Origin: Iphione sp. A-MEVVRFRX5
Lineage: Eukaryota
DNA length: 64,000 bases
Direction: 5' to 3'
Assembly: GCA_976226885.1 (NCBI GenBank)
Contig: OZ320318.1
Coordinates: 73,222,001-73,286,000, forward strand
Shown here: positions 13,014 through 19,577 of the stretch, piece by piece
How positions within the stretch are numbered: position 1 is the stretch's first letter
How the letters are laid out: each line of letters opens with the position of its first letter
The notes under the pieces: model-generated
What the model was told of the DNA's origin: nothing
What the model saw: only the letters and a program-made list of their open reading frames with translations
The model's database searches: none
Translations under genes and position numbers: made by a program

Positions 13014-14927
13014 ATGAGTTTCCACTTTGATGATAGTGCACTGACTGAGGCTACTTTGAGTGCCGCGCAAGCTTATGTTGACCAAGTATTAGTTCTGAAA
13101 CCCACTCAGACGGTGCATTATACAGACCAAATCGAAAATAATACTGAATTACCTGCAAAAATTGTGACTTCAACGATGCTGACGACGGCCCCAACGGCTA
13201 CCATAACCACTGCGACAACACCAACCATGCAGACAGGCCCTTCCAAGACCGAAAACGCACTCCCACCTGTGACCTCGACAATAATGTTGACAGCCCCAAT
13301 GGTCTCTATTTCTACTGTATCTAAACCTGCCAGTCAGACTGTGACCTCCACGACAGAAAACACATTTCCACTGGATCTGACCGTAGTGGGTTTTACACCT
13401 GAAAACTTGTCTCAGAGAGATCAATTGACAAACCTCGCTCAAGGTATATCATGCACCCCTGTCATTGCCACCCCAGTTTCGGCCGTCAAAAGAAAAGAAA
13501 TCAGTCCGATCTTAGACACCCAAGACAGTAAAAAGGCCAGAGAATTTTCTCCTGAAGCCCAAGGTGAACCCATGACAGGTGTCCTAAGAGACGAGGTTAT
13601 TAGTATACTGAAGGAGGTAAGATGCTCGAGTCCCAGCAATGAGGCACCCTCATTAATGGTTCATGGTATGTTCATGGAATTAAAGAATGAGCTAGGTGCA
13701 TCCCTGCAGAATATGACAGATACTCTAAACTCTCACATAAACGAGAGCAAAAGAGTAAGCGATTCTTTCGTCTCTGGTATGGAGGCACAGGGTAAGCAAA
13801 TCGACGAGATGCTTGGTGCCATTCACATAAGCAAAGAGCGGCTGACAGAGCTAGAGATAGAAAATGCTGATCTAAAAGCAGAAATAAACGAACTCAGAGT
13901 TGGACGAGGTAATGACATGCTTAAATGCACTCAATTGAGTAGCGAAGTTAAAACCCTCAAAAACACCGTAGACAAATTGGATAGGGAAAGCAAACAGCTA
14001 AATCTATTAATATCGGGAATGGCAGAGGAGGGCGGGGAGACCCCCCAACGCCTTTGGGATAAGGTGTGTGATCTACTTGTCCGTGCTGACCCCTATTTCA
14101 TAGCAAGTAACATGGACTATTGTCATCGTCTGGGTTCATCGAATGGTAATCGTGTGCGGGACATTAAGGTACGATTTATCAAGCAGAGCACCCGTTCTAG
14201 GATTCTGTTCGGCAGGACTAACTTACGAAATGTTCGTGGGATTTGGATCAATGAAGATCTGTGTGAGTCTGACCGAATTGGGAGAGCAGAGCTTAGAAGC
14301 ATTTACCACCTTGCTAAGTCCTTAAACTACAATGCCAAACTGGACGGGGATAGGGTAGTAATTGAAGGGATCCCATATACAACCCGTACCTTGCATCGCC
14401 TACCACAGGGTATTAATCTTGAGCGTGCATCTGAGAAAAAATTGAATGACGGACTGGGTTTCTTTGGTAAGAATCATCCGTTCTCTAATATGTTCTCTTG
14501 CGAATTCGAACATCATGGAATAAAATATAGGTCTGCTGAACATGCCTATCAAGCCTCTAAGGCAATCGCTGCGGGTCTACCGACCCTAGCAGAAGAAATA
14601 ATGCAAGTGCGTGACCCCACCCAAATCCCTCGCAAAACAAAGGCCCTGAGAGACCACTCCCCGTGGACTGAAGAGGTTATGACGTCAACTATGACTGAGA
14701 TTCTCTACTCAAAGTTTAGTCAGTGCCAATCACTGAGAGAGAAACTACTGGCAACAGCCAATGACAAGCTGTACGAGGCCTCATTGGACGGCCACTGGGG
14801 CGTGGGTGTAACCCTACGAGGGTTAGAACACGCCTCAGGACATTTCCCAGGTAGGAACCAACTAGGACTGATTTTGCAACACATACGTGCTCGACTGAAA
14901 GACGGCAACATCTCTAGTCATCTCTAG
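13014..14927 (+). CDS. LINE ORF1 protein: Thr/Pro-rich N-terminus, coiled coil, L1/Tnp22-like RRM-CTD, C-terminal NADAR (YbiA-like) domain
   Basis: 637-aa intact ORF with an ATG start. Heptad-rich region at aa ~221-327. NLLISGMAE...CHRLG...IKVRF...IWINEDL is typical of L1-type ORF1 RRM. aa ~480-628 carry FSN, SAEHAYQASK, SKFSQ..LREKLLAT..KLYE, DGHWGVG and GRNQLGLIL, matching NADAR motifs. Confidence 0.92.
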   Translation: MSFHFDDSALTEATLSAAQAYVDQVLVLKPTQTVHYTDQIENNTELPAKIVTSTMLTTAPTATITTATTPTMQTGPSKTENALPPVTSTIMLTAPMVSISTVSKPASQTVTSTTENTFPLDLTVVGFTPENLSQRDQLTNLAQGISCTPVIATPVSAVKRKEISPILDTQDSKKAREFSPEAQGEPMTGVLRDEVISILKEVRCSSPSNEAPSLMVHGMFMELKNELGASLQNMTDTLNSHINESKRVSDSFVSGMEAQGKQIDEMLGAIHISKERLTELEIENADLKAEINELRVGRGNDMLKCTQLSSEVKTLKNTVDKLDRESKQLNLLISGMAEEGGETPQRLWDKVCDLLVRADPYFIASNMDYCHRLGSSNGNRVRDIKVRFIKQSTRSRILFGRTNLRNVRGIWINEDLCESDRIGRAELRSIYHLAKSLNYNAKLDGDRVVIEGIPYTTRTLHRLPQGINLERASEKKLNDGLGFFGKNHPFSNMFSCEFEHHGIKYRSAEHAYQASKAIAAGLPTLAEEIMQVRDPTQIPRKTKALRDHSPWTEEVMTSTMTEILYSKFSQCQSLREKLLATANDKLYEASLDGHWGVGVTLRGLEHASGHFPGRNQLGLILQHIRARLKDGNISSHL

Positions 14928-14939
14928 TCATTAGACAAT

Positions 14940-15632
14940 ATGCTTGACTTTGACGCGGACACGACCCCATTATCCCTGCACCTCTTTTGTGACTCCCACG
15001 GAAGAGGGTTGCAAGCTGATCTGCGCTCACAAGGCTACAGCTGCTATGTTCATTACTACCCAGGAGCGACAATTGCAAGGCTAGTATCTGAGATTCTAAA
15101 AACTGATTTCACTGATACTCCGTTATACATTGTTGTGCTCGCGGGTGGAAATAATTTTACATGTCTGCAAAAAAATGTCTTACTGTCTGACGGCTGTTAC
15201 TATCGTCAGGTGTCGATCCCCGAGAAGGACCCATATGTAATGACTGAGAACTTTATTGAAGAAGTTGAGAAGGCCCACGACACGTTATTTGACCATTTTC
15301 CCAGTACGTATATCATTTTCTCACAAGTGTTTGTGCCAAATGTGTCGAGATACAATGCTTACTTGTCTGGGGGAGTCGTTCCAGGGGCACCTACTCATCA
15401 TCTGCAGGCGAGTTTGAACAGGGCAGCGCATATGGTCAATCGGCAAGTCATCGCCTTCAATGCCCGCCATGGTCAGCCTACACCGTACACTGGAAACATC
15501 ATCCATGGGCGATGTAATGGACGTGATGTTACGAAAACACACAAGTTCTCTGACGGCTGTCACCTGAACACTCTGGGTCGCGCTGAATTCTCAACGAGGC
15601 TGGTATCGTTCATCGAGAAATTGCAGTTCTAA
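14940..15632 (+). CDS. SGNH/GDSL-type esterase ORF (copy 1)
   Basis: 230 aa with the SGNH blocks in order: FCDSH (catalytic Ser), YPGAT, LAGGNN, SDGCHL (Asp/His). Confidence 0.88.
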   Translation: MLDFDADTTPLSLHLFCDSHGRGLQADLRSQGYSCYVHYYPGATIARLVSEILKTDFTDTPLYIVVLAGGNNFTCLQKNVLLSDGCYYRQVSIPEKDPYVMTENFIEEVEKAHDTLFDHFPSTYIIFSQVFVPNVSRYNAYLSGGVVPGAPTHHLQASLNRAAHMVNRQVIAFNARHGQPTPYTGNIIHGRCNGRDVTKTHKFSDGCHLNTLGRAEFSTRLVSFIEKLQF

Positions 15633-16296
15633 CTACAATACTCGGTCTATAGACACTTATCGACTGCTGGTAATCTATATCTATTATGACTCCAATGGCC
15701 TATTTGCTGTACAGCGTACATTATGCATGACACAGAACAGCATGTACTGCGTGTTGATGAAATTAATTTTTTCCCATTATGTATTGTGACAAATACACAA
15801 TGTCTGCAAATTGTGCTATGCTGAATAGTTATCGAGGAAAACACATGTTCAACATTATGCGTCTCATGTATTCCTGGCACCAAGCAATGCATATGTTAGT
15901 TACTATCATTGCGATATTTCAGCTTGGTTATTGCGACTCGATGGATAGTCACAGATCTCCTCTTTGAGACAGGGCTGAAATTGAGTTTATCTAAAATACA
16001 AAAGTTATCCTACCAATGCCTCCTTTCTGAGGCGGTGCACATTTGTACAATTGAATGAGATCCTGTTCTCCTCTTTGCGACTGGATCATAACTTATGATT
16101 GAACTCCTCTATGAGTTCCTTAGTGTGCACTTATTAAAGACTTATAGAGTACGCATAACCTTGTATGATGTGTGTGTTTATTATTATCCACCCAAGTAGG
16201 GTATTCATGATCGTAATTTTTTTCGGTTAATATGTTACTACGAGCAATTTGTTATGTGCTCTCCCTCAGCGGACACATGGCCTATATGAAACTACT

Positions 16297-16494
16297 ATGT
16301 TTCCCATAACCTTATCCGATCTATACTTAATTATCTTTTCCTTGTTTGCCTACATTGCCACTGGCATTGTTGTACATGTGTTCTGTTGTTGCTTATCCAC
16401 GGGTGACCTTTATGCGGTAGAAAATTGGAACATTATTAACCAAATACCACAGTGTTTACATAACCTTGAAAATATATCTAGATCGAATAGGTAG
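16297..16494 (+). CDS. Putative 65-aa single-pass membrane peptide overlapping the ORF2 5' end (copy 1)
   Basis: ATG at 16297. Hydrophobic stretch LYLIIFSLFAYIATGIVVHVF followed by CCC. May be a chance ORF in T-rich spacer DNA. Confidence 0.3.
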   Translation: MFPITLSDLYLIIFSLFAYIATGIVVHVFCCCLSTGDLYAVENWNIINQIPQCLHNLENISRSNR

Positions 16495-17937
16495 CAAACA
16501 ATCACATAAGGATCTGAATCTTCTAATAGTCCATCTCAATATTCGAAGTATCCGTAACAAAAAACCATGCGTTGAACTTTTAGTAAATAACAATGTACCA
16601 GATATACTAATCATTACAGAATCATGGTTAGATCATACAATACCCACCCATATAATGGATTTACCAGACTACTTAACTGTCAGACTGGACCGGGAACTTG
16701 GCATTGGCGGGGGGATCCTGATGTATTATAAATCGAATATACTCCTGGATAGTGAGCTATACAAAGATCTGAATCAATCCAATAGAAATATCGAGATGCA
16801 GTGCTCCAAAATTACGGTCCCCTCTGGTGACCCAATATCACTGATTGCACTCTATCGTCCACCCAAAGGGTGCATAAAAAAATTCTTTGAAATACTGGAT
16901 GCATTATTGGAAAAATTAATAACGCTAGGTAAGAGAATTGTAATCATGGGTGACTTTAACATTAATTACTTTGATAAAACTAGCCTTGCCTTCACTATGT
17001 TGGATGATTTATGTAAAAATTTTGACCTAAAGCAGACAGTTAAAGGGGCAACACGCACCACCTTACAGACAAATACATGCATTGATCTATGTATTACCTC
17101 ATTCATAAAATCTACGACATGGATTATCAAATCTTTCATTAGTGACCATCATGCCATTGCTTGTAAATTTGCCTGTCAAATAGAGAAACCAGAAACAAAT
17201 CCTTTTGAATATCGTTCGTGGACATGTCAACATGATAGAAAATTCGAAACAAGTACTTTCACTGCCGATTGGTCTTATTTTTTTAGTCAGAAGGATCCAA
17301 ACTGCTTGGTAAGTTATCTAGAAAATACATTATCAGGACAATTAATCAGATCTCTCCAGTGAAGATTAGTCGTGCTCTACACAGACAGCAAAAATGGGTG
17401 AGCCCAGATACTATGAGGCTAATTCAACAAAAGAACTCTTGTTATAAAAAGGCCCACTCACTAAAGTCACCTAGTCTATTTAAAATAGCAAAAGATCTAA
17501 ATGCTCGATGCAGAAAGCGCATAGCTTATGACAAGGCAAACTCCGTGGAAACGAATCTAAAGTCTAATCAGAGGAATCCAAAAAGGTACTGGTCAATTGT
17601 GAAAAATTACCTAGGCCTTGGCAAATCCCGAACTATCCCATGCTTGAAGAGAGATGATATGGTCTTAGAGAATTCAGAGTCAGCTAGTGCATTTAATGGT
17701 CATTTCGCAAATGTTGGTAAATCACCGTCCGATGTTGACAGTGAGTTAGTTTATGTTAACGTAAAACAAATTATCACTAAATTCCGGCTGAGTAAGGTGG
17801 ATGAAACAACAGTTAAAAAAATTATCATGGAACAGAAGGACTCAAAACCTAGTGGCTTAGACGGGTGTCAAACAAAAATTCTTAAAAAATGCTTGGTATC
17901 ACTGTTACCAAAATTCACCTATGTGATAAACAACTAG
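16466..17937 (+). pseudogene. Truncated, frameshifted first copy of ORF2 (endonuclease plus linker, no RT core)
   Basis: Translation matches the start of 19549..22389. It has A4 instead of A5 at 17322-17325 (frameshift) and ends at a TAG (17935-17937) created by the duplication junction. Confidence 0.9.
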
Positions 17938-18022
17938 GAACCAACTAGGACTGATTTTGCAACACATACGTGCTCGACTGAAAGACGGCAACATCTCTAG
18001 TCATCTCTAGTCATTAGACAAT

Positions 18023-18715
18023 ATGCTTGACTTTGACGCGGACACGACCCCATTATCCCTGCACCTCTTTTGTGACTCCCACGGAAGAGGGTTGCAAGCT
18101 GATCTGCGCTCACAAGGCTACAGCTGCTATGTTCATTACTACCCAGGAGCGACAATTGCAAGGCTAGTATCTGAGATTCTAAAAACTGATTTCACTGATA
18201 CTCCGTTATACATTGTTGTGCTCGCGGGTGGAAATAATTTTACATGTCTGCAAAAAAATGTCTTACTGTCTGACGGCTGTTACTATCGTCAGGTGTCGAT
18301 CCCCGAGAAGGACCCATATGTAATGACTGAGAACTTTATTGAAGAAGTTGAGAAGGCCCACGACACGTTATTTGACCATTTTCCCAGTACGTATATCATT
18401 TTCTCACAAGTGTTTGTGCCAAATGTGTCGAGATACAATGCTTACTTGTCTGGGGGAGTCGTTCCAGGGGCACCTACTCATCATCTGCAGGCGAGTTTGA
18501 ACAGGGCAGCGCATATGGTCAATCGGCAAGTCATCGCCTTCAATGCCCGCCATGGTCAGCCTACACCGTACACTGGAAACATCATCCATGGGCGATGTAA
18601 TGGACGTGATGTTACGAAAACACACAAGTTCTCTGACGGCTGTCACCTGAACACTCTGGGTCGCGCTGAATTCTCAACGAGGCTGGTATCGTTCATCGAG
18701 AAATTGCAGTTCTAA
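18023..18715 (+). CDS. SGNH/GDSL-type esterase ORF (copy 2, identical protein)
   Basis: Translation is identical to 14940..15632. Confidence 0.88.
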   Translation: MLDFDADTTPLSLHLFCDSHGRGLQADLRSQGYSCYVHYYPGATIARLVSEILKTDFTDTPLYIVVLAGGNNFTCLQKNVLLSDGCYYRQVSIPEKDPYVMTENFIEEVEKAHDTLFDHFPSTYIIFSQVFVPNVSRYNAYLSGGVVPGAPTHHLQASLNRAAHMVNRQVIAFNARHGQPTPYTGNIIHGRCNGRDVTKTHKFSDGCHLNTLGRAEFSTRLVSFIEKLQF

Positions 18716-19379
18716 CTACAATACTCGGTCTATAGACACTTATCGACTGCTGGTAATCTATATCTATTATGACTCCAATGGCCTATTTGCTGTACAGCGT
18801 ACATTATGCATGACACAGAACAGCATGTACTGCGTGTTGATGAAATTAATTTTTTCCCATTATGTATTGTGACAAATACACAATGTCTGCAAATTGTGCT
18901 ATGCTGAATAGTTATCGAGGAAAACACATGTTCAACATTATGCGTCTCATGTATTCCTGGCACCAAGCAATGCATATGTTAGTTACTATCATTGCGATAT
19001 TTCAGCTTGGTTATTGCGACTCGATGGATAGTCACAGATCTCCTCTTTGAGACAGGGCTGAAATTGAGTTTATCTAAAATACAAAAGTTATCCTACCAAT
19101 GCCTCCTTTCTGAGGCGGTGCACATTTGTACAATTGAATGAGATCCTGTTCTCCTCTTTGCGACTGGATCATAACTTATGATTGAACTCCTCTATGAGTT
19201 CCTTAGTGTGCACTTATTAAAGACTTATAGAGTACGCATAACCTTGTATGATGTGTGTGTTTATTATTATCCACCCAAGTAGGGTATTCATGATCGTAAT
19301 TTTTTTCGGTTAATATGTTACTACGAGCAATTTGTTATGTGCTCTCCCTCAGCGGACACATGGCCTATATGAAACTACT

Positions 19380-19577
19380 ATGTTTCCCATAACCTTATCC
19401 GATCTATACTTAATTATCTTTTCCTTGTTTGCCTACATTGCCACTGGCATTGTTGTACATGTGTTCTGTTGTTGCTTATCCACGGGTGACCTTTATGCGG
19501 TAGAAAATTGGAACATTATTAACCAAATACCACAGTGTTTACATAACCTTGAAAATATATCTAGATCGAATAGGTAG
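19380..19577 (+). CDS. Putative small membrane peptide (copy 2)
   Basis: Identical to 16297..16494 and overlaps the intact ORF2 start. Confidence 0.3.
   Translation: MFPITLSDLYLIIFSLFAYIATGIVVHVFCCCLSTGDLYAVENWNIINQIPQCLHNLENISRSNR

Noticed and set aside
16390-16430. 2A-like (DxExNPGP) sequence ahead of ORF2, known from some LINEs
   Set aside because: CCCLSTGDLYAVENW lacks the NPGP core.
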